DNA of 64,000 bases from a virus: IMG/VR virus record IMGVR_UViG_3300030202_003282, positions 52,754 through 116,753 of that record. The stretch is one strand, 5' to 3'. The position numbers and the translations under genes were made by a program. Every line of letters begins with the position of its first letter. Position 1 is the stretch's first letter. This document shows, in pieces, positions 21,934 through 32,014 of this stretch. The notes below the pieces were generated by a model. The model saw only the letters and a program-made list of their open reading frames with translations. It ran no database searches and had not been told where the DNA came from.

Positions 21934-22520
21934 TATTTATTTTTTTCCAAAGATACAGATTTATTTTTGATTTGCAAGTTTTCAGGTTCAGGATCTACTA
22001 AAGTTTCTTTATCTAAATCCGGTTTACTACACAGTTCATAAACATCTTGAATAGCTTCAATTTTTACACCTAAGTAATCAGCATATGTTCCGTGATATTC
22101 TTCTGGATTAATATAACTTTGTATATAATTAGATACTGTTCCAACTTCACCAAAAAAATTAGATATGATATCTTTAGTTTTTACACTAAATTTTGAATAT
22201 TTACCTTTTCTAAATACTTCAAGATCTCTTTTAAAAGGACTAAAATCAAAAACATAAAGATGTGTTTCTTCATCTAATTGATAATAAGCTTCAAATAACT
22301 TATGAGATTTTAAGAATTTAAATTCAAAGTTTTTAAACTTTTCTATTTCCTCTGGATCTACAGAGTATAAACAAAGAAATTTGTTTTCTAAAGCATCATA
22401 TACATTATTCCAAGCAATAAAAGTTTCAGAAGGGACATGTGTAATGCCTTTTCTAAGACTCAAAAGTGGATATAAAAACACTTTGCTTTTTTGAAAATAA
22501 TCTGTATATATACTCTTCAT
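21933..22520 (-). CDS. Hypothetical protein
   Basis: 195 aa; 'FLYPLL...GKYSKFS...ELCSKPD'. Confidence 0.65.
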   Translation of the reverse strand: MKSIYTDYFQKSKVFLYPLLSLRKGITHVPSETFIAWNNVYDALENKFLCLYSVDPEEIEKFKNFEFKFLKSHKLFEAYYQLDEETHLYVFDFSPFKRDLEVFRKGKYSKFSVKTKDIISNFFGEVGTVSNYIQSYINPEEYHGTYADYLGVKIEAIQDVYELCSKPDLDKETLVDPEPENLQIKNKSVSLEKNK

Positions 22521-23504
22521 TTATAAAATAATTTTATTATTTAAAAACTCATACGGTAATTCATATTTTTTTTCCGTGTAATGATAATTAACTTTTTCAA
22601 GACAATGTTCCATTTTACTAGCCCATCTTCTTAATGTTTCACCAGACACATCAAAAACATATACCTGGTTATATTTATCAATCACTACAAATTTAAATAA
22701 TATTTTATAATCTGAGGCAGCCTCATCTAAATTATCTATCACTAGTTTAGTATAAACCGCTGCTTGTAAATCATAATTCCAATAATCTATTGCATCTGTA
22801 AAATCAGTAATAGTTTTACCAGTAGTTTTTAAATCAACTATGGTTATTGTTTTTTGATCATGATTGATTTGATAATAATCAATTATGCCTTTTAAACCAA
22901 ACTTATATGATTGTAATTCACTGGTTAATTTATTTTCTGCATATGCTTCAATAGGATCTAATTCAAAATCAGTTTGTGCTAAGTTAAATAAAGACATTAC
23001 TTCTTCATTTGATTTAATAATCTCTACTCTTTCTTGACATCTAACCAATGTATCTTGATCTATAACATCTTTTCCAGTAGTGCACATAAACTTATAATAA
23101 TCCTCAGCATCAGTAGTTTTTACTTTAGCAACTCTTGATTGATCTGTTTTTAATGACTGATAAAGATTTGCTTCTTTTAATGAATCTAAAATCACAAAAT
23201 CTTCTACGTCAGCTAAAACAGGAACATCTGTATGTAAAGTAACACTTTTAAGAACTTTTTTTATATTATCAGAAGGAACTTTACCTGGAACCATTGAAAA
23301 TATATTATTTAAATTATTTGGTTCAAATAAAAGACAGTGAATTACACGGCCTTCAATTAGATGTTTATCTGTTCTCTCCTCTCTATCTAAAAGAACATAC
23401 TCCTTATAGAATAATTTAGGAGAAAATAACATTTTATTTATAGAAGAATAACTAAAGCTAAACTTCTTGTTGTAAAAACTATTTTCTTTTTCTTTATTTA
23501 TCAT
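22521..23504 (-). CDS. PD-(D/E)XK (RecB/Cas4-like) exonuclease
   Basis: 'FSYSSI', 'GRVIHC', 'KGIID...IVDLKTT...QAAVY'. Confidence 0.85.
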   Translation of the reverse strand: MINKEKENSFYNKKFSFSYSSINKMLFSPKLFYKEYVLLDREERTDKHLIEGRVIHCLLFEPNNLNNIFSMVPGKVPSDNIKKVLKSVTLHTDVPVLADVEDFVILDSLKEANLYQSLKTDQSRVAKVKTTDAEDYYKFMCTTGKDVIDQDTLVRCQERVEIIKSNEEVMSLFNLAQTDFELDPIEAYAENKLTSELQSYKFGLKGIIDYYQINHDQKTITIVDLKTTGKTITDFTDAIDYWNYDLQAAVYTKLVIDNLDEAASDYKILFKFVVIDKYNQVYVFDVSGETLRRWASKMEHCLEKVNYHYTEKKYELPYEFLNNKIIL

Positions 23505-23670
23505 TTTTCTTTTTTTCAGGTTTATAATTATATACTGCAGCTAATCTAGCAGGAATTACTTTTGTTGTATTACAATTTGTACAACATTTTCCGTCTGCAA
23601 CTGGTGCTGCATTATGAGGATAAAGATCTTTTATCTCTTTCTCACATATAATACAAATTTCTTTACTCAT
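23494..23670 (-). CDS. Small Zn-finger protein, 58 aa (missing from ORF track)
   Basis: MSKEICIICEK...HNAAPVADGKCCTNCNTTKVIPARL. Confidence 0.7.
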   Translation of the reverse strand: MSKEICIICEKEIKDLYPHNAAPVADGKCCTNCNTTKVIPARLAAVYNYKPEKKKNDK

Positions 23671-24004
23671 CTTTTTTATTTTTTAATGAATCAAAAGCAG
23701 CATCATCAATTTCCCATCTAGTTAATTTAAAACTATACCCTACATTGGACAAAGCTTTATTAACCCAATAGCATATATGACCAGGTGGTTCACTATCAAG
23801 GATTTCTCCATACTTTTTATTTAATGAAGCTTTCATAACTTTTTTACCTATATAATTATAAAGTTCTTTTTCAGATATTCTTTTTTTAGAATATACTTTT
23901 TTTACTGATGCTTTAATAATACTTCTTACTTTATTATCTCCTTCAACAGTAAACATTTCAAACCCTTTTTTATCTAATCTTTCTAATAAATTTTCTTTAC
24001 TCAT
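23663..24004 (-). CDS. Hypothetical protein
   Basis: Likely start MSKENLL at 24004; the extra upstream sequence is a hairpin. Confidence 0.6.
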   Translation of the reverse strand: MSKENLLERLDKKGFEMFTVEGDNKVRSIIKASVKKVYSKKRISEKELYNYIGKKVMKASLNKKYGEILDSEPPGHICYWVNKALSNVGYSFKLTRWEIDDAAFDSLKNKKDE

Positions 24005-24084
24005 ATTTTTTATATTAAAGAGGTGAGGGCTGTGCACTAAAAAGTACACAACCCACAATCAATTATGGCAATTGAACCTCTAAA

Positions 24085-25338
24085 TTAAAATGGTAAATCA
24101 TCAGCAGTATCAAATATTAAATTATCTTCTACATCTGTATACACGCTTACATTTTTTAATGACCATTTTCCATTTTGTGCTTCTAATTTTTCTTTCCATT
24201 CTGGTTTTAATTTAAAAGCACTTGTATCTAGATCAAAAATAGAATTTTTACCAAAACCTGCATTTCCACTTATAACATTAGAAAACATTCTAGTTACTGT
24301 TTCTTTAAATGCAAATTCAGTTAATGCTTCTTCTTGATCTAATTTCTTTATAAATGATTCAAAACCATGAGCATTTTGACCACCATAAAGACCATCTGCA
24401 AAAGATTTCATTCTTGTTCTTAATGATTTTACATTAACGGTATTCCAATTTTTAGCATATCTTAAATTATCATTATTATAATAAAATAATAACGCTAAAT
24501 ATGGAATTGATTTTTCAATGTTACAATTAGACATTAATTCTAAAGCTAATGTGCAGTTTTCTGCATCATCTGCTTCTATCATTTTTAAACATTGATAATA
24601 ATCATCTTCTGTAAGAACATGTGAATCTTCTGTTGTAAATTTATTTAAATGACTATCTAGCACTAATGTAGTGGAATTTAATAATGGTTCTAATGTAGAC
24701 CATTCTTCAGCTTTAACATACCAAGGAGTCTTTCTATTGATGTTTTTCCATTTTAAAGAATTAGTGTCTTTATAAGGACTTAATGAATTTTCTAATATAT
24801 CTTTATTTGAACTAGATTGATTATAAGAATATCCACATGTAATAGCAATTCTAGAATCATTTTCTAAAATATTAAACCATTCAACAATATTTTGCCATGT
24901 TGCTTCCATAAACCTATTACTTTTTTTAAAATCTTGAAATACACTTTTAAGTTCTTCTTTTGATAAAAGAGTGCCTTGGTATTGTTGATCTAATGTAGAG
25001 TCTAAATACTTATAAGATATTACTGAATAATCAGCTTTATCTTGATTTCTAGTAACAGATAAATTATATTTTTCTTTTAAAACATCTACCTTTTGTCTAG
25101 GTAAATCTAATTTAGGAAATCTATAAATAGTTGCATCCTGTAAATCATTTGAATCAATATCTTGTATTGAAAAATTATTTACTAATTGTTTTTTTTGTGA
25201 TTCTCTGATGCTATATCCTTCAGATGCAAATACTATCATACCAAGATATTCTGTTGTAATAGCTTCTGGATTTAATCTATTATTTACATTAAATTTAGGA
25301 TAAAAGTTAAAATTTAAATTATATAGTTTATGTCTCAT
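24085..25338 (-). CDS. Hypothetical protein with a BRCT-like segment; MoxR-module partner
   Basis: 'IYRFPKLDLPRQKV...SVTRNQDKADYSVI'; similar to the neighbouring ORF. Confidence 0.6.
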   Translation of the reverse strand: MRHKLYNLNFNFYPKFNVNNRLNPEAITTEYLGMIVFASEGYSIRESQKKQLVNNFSIQDIDSNDLQDATIYRFPKLDLPRQKVDVLKEKYNLSVTRNQDKADYSVISYKYLDSTLDQQYQGTLLSKEELKSVFQDFKKSNRFMEATWQNIVEWFNILENDSRIAITCGYSYNQSSSNKDILENSLSPYKDTNSLKWKNINRKTPWYVKAEEWSTLEPLLNSTTLVLDSHLNKFTTEDSHVLTEDDYYQCLKMIEADDAENCTLALELMSNCNIEKSIPYLALLFYYNNDNLRYAKNWNTVNVKSLRTRMKSFADGLYGGQNAHGFESFIKKLDQEEALTEFAFKETVTRMFSNVISGNAGFGKNSIFDLDTSAFKLKPEWKEKLEAQNGKWSLKNVSVYTDVEDNLIFDTADDLPF

Positions 25339-26404
25339 TTTTAATTGTTTTTTTTAAATATTTACGATACTCTGGTTTAACACTCACTTTAAATACATAA
25401 AGTTCTCTATTACAAATAGATATTTCTTTTCTTACTAAAGGTTCAAGATGGCAAAAACTTTCATGAGTTAATTGTTCTTTTTCTTCTAAGTACACAATCA
25501 TGTCTTCTGCACTTTTATATCTAAGATTATCCCAATCAACATTTTCTAACCAATATTGCACATCTTTATTTCTATTAAATTTGTGCATATAGTTATCCAT
25601 TTTAGAAATAAATTCCCAAAATAAATGAGGAACTCCTGTTGGATCAATGGTTGGAATTAATTTACCAGCTAATTCAATGTCTTCATTATTATAATTATTA
25701 CATTGACTATAAATTAAATCTCCAAGCTCTTCAGTAAATGGAGTTCTAGTAGCAGAAGATAATAGTAAATCATCCATTGCTATTGGAGTAATTAAACCTG
25801 TGTCAATTTTGTATGCAAGATTTATTGCCATTCCAGTAAGACACCAAACATCATAACAACTCTCTCCTGCTGTATGATCATGACGTCTACCAAATTCTTC
25901 TAGTTTTTCATCCCAAATTACAGAACCATTATCTAAAATCCATTTATTAGCTTGATTTATAAAACTATAATTATTAGAATTATCAAATTCATTAACAGAT
26001 TCATAATTCCATAATTTAAAACTCATATGGCTATTTAATATTCTTTCACCATTATTTAAAGTATGACTAGTATTATCATCATGAACAATAACCATATCAG
26101 CTAAAGTATAGTCATTTGTTATAGTTATTTTATGCTCTTTACATGCAGCTTTTACTCTATCTAAAGAGACAGGAGACTTGCTGTAAACAAAAGCTTTTTT
26201 ACATGAACTAAAGTTTTTTGTTGGAGCTGCAGTTAATATATTATTTATTTTATCATATGTTGTTTCAGATTCTGATACTAACACTTTACCAAACTCATAT
26301 CCTCCGGATAAAGGAACTCCCATAAAAGAGAGCTCCTCATCTGTTCCAAAGAAATGGTCCAGTGCATCTTGATCAAAATCTTGATATACTGTTTTTTTTG
26401 CCAT
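25328..26404 (-). CDS. Hypothetical protein with a BRCT-like segment; likely paralog of 24085-25338
   Basis: 'AFVYSKSPVSLDRV...TITNDYTLADMVIV'. Confidence 0.6.
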   Translation of the reverse strand: MAKKTVYQDFDQDALDHFFGTDEELSFMGVPLSGGYEFGKVLVSESETTYDKINNILTAAPTKNFSSCKKAFVYSKSPVSLDRVKAACKEHKITITNDYTLADMVIVHDDNTSHTLNNGERILNSHMSFKLWNYESVNEFDNSNNYSFINQANKWILDNGSVIWDEKLEEFGRRHDHTAGESCYDVWCLTGMAINLAYKIDTGLITPIAMDDLLLSSATRTPFTEELGDLIYSQCNNYNNEDIELAGKLIPTIDPTGVPHLFWEFISKMDNYMHKFNRNKDVQYWLENVDWDNLRYKSAEDMIVYLEEKEQLTHESFCHLEPLVRKEISICNRELYVFKVSVKPEYRKYLKKTIKNET

Positions 26405-26405
26405 T

Positions 26406-27671
26406 TTATTTCATTGTCATTTTAATAATCTCAGGCTTCATCATAAGTTTATTAAACTTTTGTTTGTTACCATTGAATATTGTTCTTACTACTAAATACT
26501 TAAGATCATCAGTAAAATAATCTTTAGTACATAAGGTTTCAAGTCTATCTGTTATCTTCTGACTAATAGTATTTTCTTTAGAATATACCACTGAGAAGTT
26601 AGCAAGTCTTGTTGCCAATGTTGATGCAATATCTGCACGATAAGCATCATCTTTTCCAATACAACCAGTTAACTCACCAAGAATATATTGCTCATTATCA
26701 TGAGTTAATAAATCTTTAGGTGTTACTAGTTTATCTAGTTTATTGTTAATAAAAGTTGTAAACATAGATGCAAATTCATCACCTACAGAACCTTCACCAA
26801 TCATTTGAATTAGTGGTAACTCATCTTCAAATTTTTCAATAGAACTTATAGAGTTAAAAAAGCTTGTAATAGATCTTGCATTTGTTTCTTGAGTTACAAG
26901 TTCAGGGTGTAATAACAAAAAGTTAATACATCTTGAATCAATACCTGATTCTTCTGCCCAACGAGCCCATACTTCAACATCAAATTTAAGATTTGCAGAA
27001 ATAAATCTAGTTTTTTGTGCAGAATCTATTGAGTTAACCATATAATCTCCATTGTCTGGATTTGCAGTTAAAACAATATGCCAATCTTGAGGTAAAGACC
27101 AAGAAATATAAGTTTGTCTGTCCACTAATTCCATAACGGCTTGAACAAATCTCATATCTGCACGGTTCCAATCATCTAAGATTAACATGCCACCTTTTTT
27201 TACATCAGCAATCCAGTTAGGAGCACAATAAGACATTCTATTCTTACCTGTTACTTTCCAACCTTGTTTTAAATATTCTTCAACAGCAAGTTCATCAACC
27301 CACTGACCAACTTTTTTAGTTATAGTTGCAGTTGCAACTTGAGCAGAAGCTGCTGCTTTTTGTGCTGCAGTATAATTAAGATCATCTATCTTTTTAGATG
27401 GAACTTTCTTTTCTTTATACATTTGAAATTGTCTAACAGGAAATCCTACAAGATCTCCTAACTCTTCAATTTGAGCTAAATTTAATTTTACACAATCTAG
27501 ATTGTTTTCTTTTGCAATTTCCATTACAGTAGATGTTTTACCAATTCCTGATTCACCTACTACTTCAATAGCTACAGGAAGTTTATTTTCTTCTTGTAAA
27601 AATCTATTATTAGTTATTATGTGGTTAATAAACCCTTTTAATTCATCAATGTTTAAATTTACTTGTGCCAT
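26406..27671 (-). CDS. MoxR-like AAA+ ATPase
   Basis: Walker A GESGIGKT, 'DLVGFP', Walker B 'LILDDWNRA', sensor 'LTANP', 'AQKTRF'. Confidence 0.88.
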   Translation of the reverse strand: MAQVNLNIDELKGFINHIITNNRFLQEENKLPVAIEVVGESGIGKTSTVMEIAKENNLDCVKLNLAQIEELGDLVGFPVRQFQMYKEKKVPSKKIDDLNYTAAQKAAASAQVATATITKKVGQWVDELAVEEYLKQGWKVTGKNRMSYCAPNWIADVKKGGMLILDDWNRADMRFVQAVMELVDRQTYISWSLPQDWHIVLTANPDNGDYMVNSIDSAQKTRFISANLKFDVEVWARWAEESGIDSRCINFLLLHPELVTQETNARSITSFFNSISSIEKFEDELPLIQMIGEGSVGDEFASMFTTFINNKLDKLVTPKDLLTHDNEQYILGELTGCIGKDDAYRADIASTLATRLANFSVVYSKENTISQKITDRLETLCTKDYFTDDLKYLVVRTIFNGNKQKFNKLMMKPEIIKMTMK

Positions 27672-27679
27672 AATTTTTA

Positions 27680-28846
27680 TTAGTTTAATTGTATTTTAAA
27701 TCCGGGTAATTCTTCATTTATTCCACAGTCAGAACTATGAACCCATAACGTATTATTTGGACAGTTGTTAGGACTTGGAGCCTCTCCATCTGTAAAATAT
27801 ATAAGTGCAGTATATGCACGTTTATTATCATTATAATGATCTATAACAGGTTGAAATGATGTACCACCTCTACCGTGTATTTCCCAATCTTGTTTTGGAT
27901 TAAATTCTTTTATTCCTCTAAAAGTAGAATCACATTGTGCAACAGTAATCTTATGACCTGTTTTATGCATATGTGTTAATTCACTCCAAAATTCTTCTAG
28001 TTCTTTAGAACTAACTGATCCAGATGTATCTACACCTACAAGAATATGATTTTTAAATTTAACTTTAAGACCAGGATTTTCACTGTATCTTTTATTAAAT
28101 TTTCTACGCATTTTTCTTGTATAGCTTACTGTAGAATTTCCAACAAATCTTCTAAGATATCCTCTCCAATCAAATTTTGGAGGTTCAACATGTCTTAGTC
28201 TTTGAATTAAATCTGCAAGTTCACCTGGAATGTTACCACATCTTTTTTCAGTTGTTTCAGCAGTCTCTTTAATTTGATGTTCAATTTGTTTTTCAACTAA
28301 CTTTTTATCTGCTTCATTTAATTCATCAAATTCAGCCCAAGTTTTATGATCATATTGACTATCACCATCCATTTGTCCTAACAAAGATTCTAATGAAGGA
28401 CAATTTCCACTTTGTTTAGCTTGTTCCAGCAATTCATAATACTTTTTAGTACCAGCTTTAACAGGAAGATTTAATTCAGGAAATGTATCTAAAGTTAATC
28501 CACCATCAGGTAAATCATTTTTATTTATATATTGATTTATTTCTAAATCAGCAGCTATATTAAATAATTTATGATCAGAATATAAATCTCTTAACGTTAA
28601 ATGACCAAATGAAACATGAAGTAATTCATGCTTTAAAAGACCAACTTGTTGTCTTATATTTAATTCTTGAAAAAAATCTGGATTAATAGCTAATTGAATA
28701 CCTATTCCTTTTTTACTCACACCTGCAGTAGGTATGTCTTTTCTATAACTTTTATTTAATCCAATAAGAAAAAGTCCGTAAAAGGGCTCTTCTAAGATTA
28801 AAGTTTTAACGGTTTTTGCAACCTTTTCACTTATTATTATACTCAT
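27680..28846 (-). CDS. DUF2201-type metallopeptidase-vWA fusion protein
   Basis: HExxH 'KHELLH', 'NIAADLEIN', MIDAS 'DTSGS', 'GRGGTSF', 'FTDG'. Confidence 0.88.
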   Translation of the reverse strand: MSIIISEKVAKTVKTLILEEPFYGLFLIGLNKSYRKDIPTAGVSKKGIGIQLAINPDFFQELNIRQQVGLLKHELLHVSFGHLTLRDLYSDHKLFNIAADLEINQYINKNDLPDGGLTLDTFPELNLPVKAGTKKYYELLEQAKQSGNCPSLESLLGQMDGDSQYDHKTWAEFDELNEADKKLVEKQIEHQIKETAETTEKRCGNIPGELADLIQRLRHVEPPKFDWRGYLRRFVGNSTVSYTRKMRRKFNKRYSENPGLKVKFKNHILVGVDTSGSVSSKELEEFWSELTHMHKTGHKITVAQCDSTFRGIKEFNPKQDWEIHGRGGTSFQPVIDHYNDNKRAYTALIYFTDGEAPSPNNCPNNTLWVHSSDCGINEELPGFKIQLN

Positions 28847-29279
28847 GATTATAAATTGATTTAAATTTTGAAAAATAACGTTCTATTGCTTGTTTTTCAG
28901 GAGTAATTTTATTCATTTGATATACAATAATATCCATAATAGAAGATTTAAACTCTTCATTTTTTCTTTTAAATAAAAATTTTGTAATGGATAATATATC
29001 TTCCCAAGTATAACTACCATGACGGTAATTCCAAGGCCTTGGGATATTATGACCTGTATCATGGAGTAAACTAAACTCTTTCATAAGTTTATTATACTCA
29101 GGAAATTTTTTCATATATACAGCTCTACGCTTATAAAATAATGTTTTAATAAATAACATATGATACGTAACATCTAATTTAAAATTTTTAATATTAGAAA
29201 AAGCTACTTCCATATCTTCATCAGTTCCATTTAACATTTTTTCTAATACTATAAACTCTTCTAAACTTAATATTTTCAT
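28827..29279 (-). CDS. Hypothetical protein (MoxR-module helical motif)
   Basis: 'LSLEEFIVLEKMLNGTDEDMEVAFSNI'. Confidence 0.6.
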   Translation of the reverse strand: MKILSLEEFIVLEKMLNGTDEDMEVAFSNIKNFKLDVTYHMLFIKTLFYKRRAVYMKKFPEYNKLMKEFSLLHDTGHNIPRPWNYRHGSYTWEDILSITKFLFKRKNEEFKSSIMDIIVYQMNKITPEKQAIERYFSKFKSIYNHEYNNK

Positions 29280-29280
29280 A

Positions 29281-29748
29281 TTAATCCCAGTTTATGTTTG
29301 ATTTTACATTAAGAAACGGAAACATATTATTAATATCACCTATAAGATTTTTTTGGACAACATAATTAAAAAATTCTATTAAAAGAGGATCTTTATTTTC
29401 TTTAATCCATTCATATAATTGATCATATTCATATCCTGCTCTATTATCCCAAGTACTTATTTTTAAACGGTTTACAAAACTTTGATAAGCAGCCGGATTA
29501 CAATTTGATATTAATTGCATTGTTAATATAGTATAGGGAGTTAAATAAGTTTCTGTTCCCCAATCATAAAAATGTAAAGATGTGTCTTCTATTATTTTAT
29601 AAGCTATTTCTTTATCATCTCTATTTGGAGAATTAATTAATTTTATTAATCCTTTTATATCAGACAAAGTTTTAATAGACTCTACAAAAGATTCTTCATT
29701 TATTGATTTTAAAACTTTCATTCCGTTATTAGTTAATATTTGATTCAT
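29281..29748 (-). CDS. Hypothetical protein (MoxR-module helical motif)
   Basis: 'LIKLINSPNRDDKEIAYKII'. Confidence 0.6.
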   Translation of the reverse strand: MNQILTNNGMKVLKSINEESFVESIKTLSDIKGLIKLINSPNRDDKEIAYKIIEDTSLHFYDWGTETYLTPYTILTMQLISNCNPAAYQSFVNRLKISTWDNRAGYEYDQLYEWIKENKDPLLIEFFNYVVQKNLIGDINNMFPFLNVKSNINWD

Positions 29749-30095
29749 TAGTCTTCAATTTTTAAAGTTCTAAGCATCCACGTTGGATGTTTTTTTTCAG
29801 TCATATTAATAATCCATTCTTTTGCAGAAGGTATATAATTATTACAATCTTCTTTTACATGTTGTTCACCAACATACCGTGTATACACAGTTTTACCATC
29901 AGAATTAGTAAAATGTTCTCCAAATGTTTTTTCACATTCAAAAATTCCTTCACTATGATGTCTATACATTCTATGATAAGAATTACCAATCCAAGATTTA
30001 GTTTCATCAAACCAATTATGAATATGAATATAATCTGTTTCCAAACCACCCCATTTTCTTACAGATGATTTAGCATGTTTTAAAGGATGAGCCAT
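29748..30095 (-). CDS. His-rich DUF6915-like protein
   Basis: 'HPLKHAKSSVRKWGG...IHNWFD...HRMYRHHSEG...EQHVKED'. Confidence 0.75.
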   Translation of the reverse strand: MAHPLKHAKSSVRKWGGLETDYIHIHNWFDETKSWIGNSYHRMYRHHSEGIFECEKTFGEHFTNSDGKTVYTRYVGEQHVKEDCNNYIPSAKEWIINMTEKKHPTWMLRTLKIED

Positions 30096-30472
30096 TAAAT
30101 ATTATTTAATAAAGTTCCGGCATCATCATATTCTTCATATGTTCTTTGATTATAATTAATTATATAAGATAAATTACTTAATTGTATATCAATTGATCCC
30201 CAACCACCTTCATTGTTAACCCAATCACCTATTCTATTTACATAGTTTTCAAAAAAATGATATGCTAATTCTTCAATGTCATCAGTTCTAATAAAAGGTT
30301 CACAACCTTTATAGTCAGATATATAATTACCGTTAGGATCTAAATATTCTATTTCATGAATAGAACCGTCATCCCCTCCTCCATCAAAATGAGCTCTAAT
30401 TGTATGTACTCCTTTATTTAATAGGGCTAGTTTTGTTTTTAATATTAATTGTTTTCTTTTTCCTTTTTGCAT
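30095..30472 (-). CDS. DUF6878-like protein
   Basis: 'FDGGGDDGSI...WVNNEGGWG'. Confidence 0.7.
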   Translation of the reverse strand: MQKGKRKQLILKTKLALLNKGVHTIRAHFDGGGDDGSIHEIEYLDPNGNYISDYKGCEPFIRTDDIEELAYHFFENYVNRIGDWVNNEGGWGSIDIQLSNLSYIINYNQRTYEEYDDAGTLLNNI

Positions 30473-30842
30473 TTTTTTTAGTTATAATTTCAATAATTAC
30501 ACCAGGCTTTTCTTTATCATATAAATATGCTTCAAATTTTGGAATTATAAATTCACAATTATCATCTTCTATCCAACCGTGTGTAACCATATCATCTTGT
30601 ACAGTTTGTGCTGGATTTATATAATCAAATTTATGCCGTGTGCCTCTAATAAAAGTAAATGAAATTACAGCAGGTAGTTTATGCTTCTTTAGTTCTTTTT
30701 GAAACTGAGGAGCATATTTTTGATAGAAAGATTTAGTATCTTTTCTATATTTCATAACTGTTTTACTAGCTATAAAGTACTTGCCTGTCCAACGTCTTCC
30801 ATTTTTGCTTGAGGGTACATTACCCGGTATAAACCATTTCAT
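30414..30842 (-). CDS. RusA-like Holliday junction resolvase
   Basis: 'PGNVPSSKN', 'FDYIN..QTVQDDMV..GWIEDDN'. Confidence 0.75.
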   Translation of the reverse strand: MKWFIPGNVPSSKNGRRWTGKYFIASKTVMKYRKDTKSFYQKYAPQFQKELKKHKLPAVISFTFIRGTRHKFDYINPAQTVQDDMVTHGWIEDDNCEFIIPKFEAYLYDKEKPGVIIEIITKKNAKRKKKTINIKNKTSPIK

Positions 30843-31819
30843 AAGCTTAGTGTTTGTTTTAACAATGGCTTTAATTTTTTATGCAATAGATCTAATCCGT
30901 GTAAATGCAAAGCATCTGCAGGATCATTTTCTAATGGACAAACAAAACCATTTATATTATATACTTCTTTATATCTATCTACAGCTTTTTTACCAGCAGT
31001 ATCATTATCAAAAAGAGTTATAATTTTTTTATACTTGTTTTTTAAATTCTCAATAAGAATTGGTTTTAACATTGTGTTTTCACTATCAGGAGCTATTAAT
31101 TCAACATTGTAACCTATTCCAGCTAAAGACATTACATCTTTTAAACCTGAAGTAATTACTAAATAAGGTTGGGTATATGTTAATTGATCTAATCCTTGAG
31201 TATGCATGCATACCTTTATGAATTTATGCTTTTTTTGTGCAGGTTGATATATTTTATAAATAGAACCATCCTGTTTAAAATAACCATAAAGTTTAGATCC
31301 TTTAATTTTAATAAGATCAGTAGATCCGTCCTCTCCTTTTTTAACCATATTATAATATTCCAGTGGCTTAACATTATATGTATTAAGTATTGTAGCACCA
31401 ATCCTAAACCTTAACCAAAAGTTTTTATCTTCTTCTGTCCACTCTCTTGGTTTAACATAATCCACTTTATATTTTTCTTGAGCTTTAAAATTGCTATTTA
31501 AAAACTCATTATTTTTTATAAATGAATTAAAGTCTTCAATAATTTTTTCTACAGCACCGGGATAACCAACATGAAATAGTTCTTTTACTAAATCAATTTT
31601 ACTACCAAATTTTCCACTTGAAAAATCTTTGTATTTATATTGTGCATTAATTTGATCTACAAAAATACACATACTAGGTGTTCTTTCATTTGGGTTAAAT
31701 ATTGATTTTATTTTAACATCCTGACCAGTTAATTTTTCTGGTAGATCTAAATAGTATTCAAATACCCAATTACTTGGAACATCTTTTTCAGTAAAAACTA
31801 ATTGTTTTGTATTAAACAT
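30839..31819 (-). CDS. DNA primase (TOPRIM domain)
   Basis: 'ERTPSM', 'ITSGLKDVM', 'APDSE', 'FDND.AG', 'NDPAD'. True start is probably MFNTK at 31819. Confidence 0.85.
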   Translation of the reverse strand: MFNTKQLVFTEKDVPSNWVFEYYLDLPEKLTGQDVKIKSIFNPNERTPSMCIFVDQINAQYKYKDFSSGKFGSKIDLVKELFHVGYPGAVEKIIEDFNSFIKNNEFLNSNFKAQEKYKVDYVKPREWTEEDKNFWLRFRIGATILNTYNVKPLEYYNMVKKGEDGSTDLIKIKGSKLYGYFKQDGSIYKIYQPAQKKHKFIKVCMHTQGLDQLTYTQPYLVITSGLKDVMSLAGIGYNVELIAPDSENTMLKPILIENLKNKYKKIITLFDNDTAGKKAVDRYKEVYNINGFVCPLENDPADALHLHGLDLLHKKLKPLLKQTLSL

Positions 31820-31845
31820 TTTCCAAATATAATAAATTAAAAAAA

Positions 31846-31929
31846 AAGATGCGGCAGGGGATGAGTCCTGAGCCACCCTGCCTTAAGAAATAGTATCATC
31901 ATTTAAAGGACTGCCTTATCTTACATCTT
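31846..31929 (-). ncRNA. Predicted three-way-junction RNA with a kissing-loop pseudoknot in the primase leader
   Basis: Stems AAGATGT/GCATCTT and GGCAGGG/CCCTGCC; loop sequences AGTCCT and AGGACT are complementary. Confidence 0.45.
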
Positions 31930-32014
31930 ATTAAAGAAAAAGTAAAAGTTTTTCTGTTTGCCACATTTCATAGCTCCGAATTTCACGGTATACAATTACT
32001 TTTCCTATGTTTTT

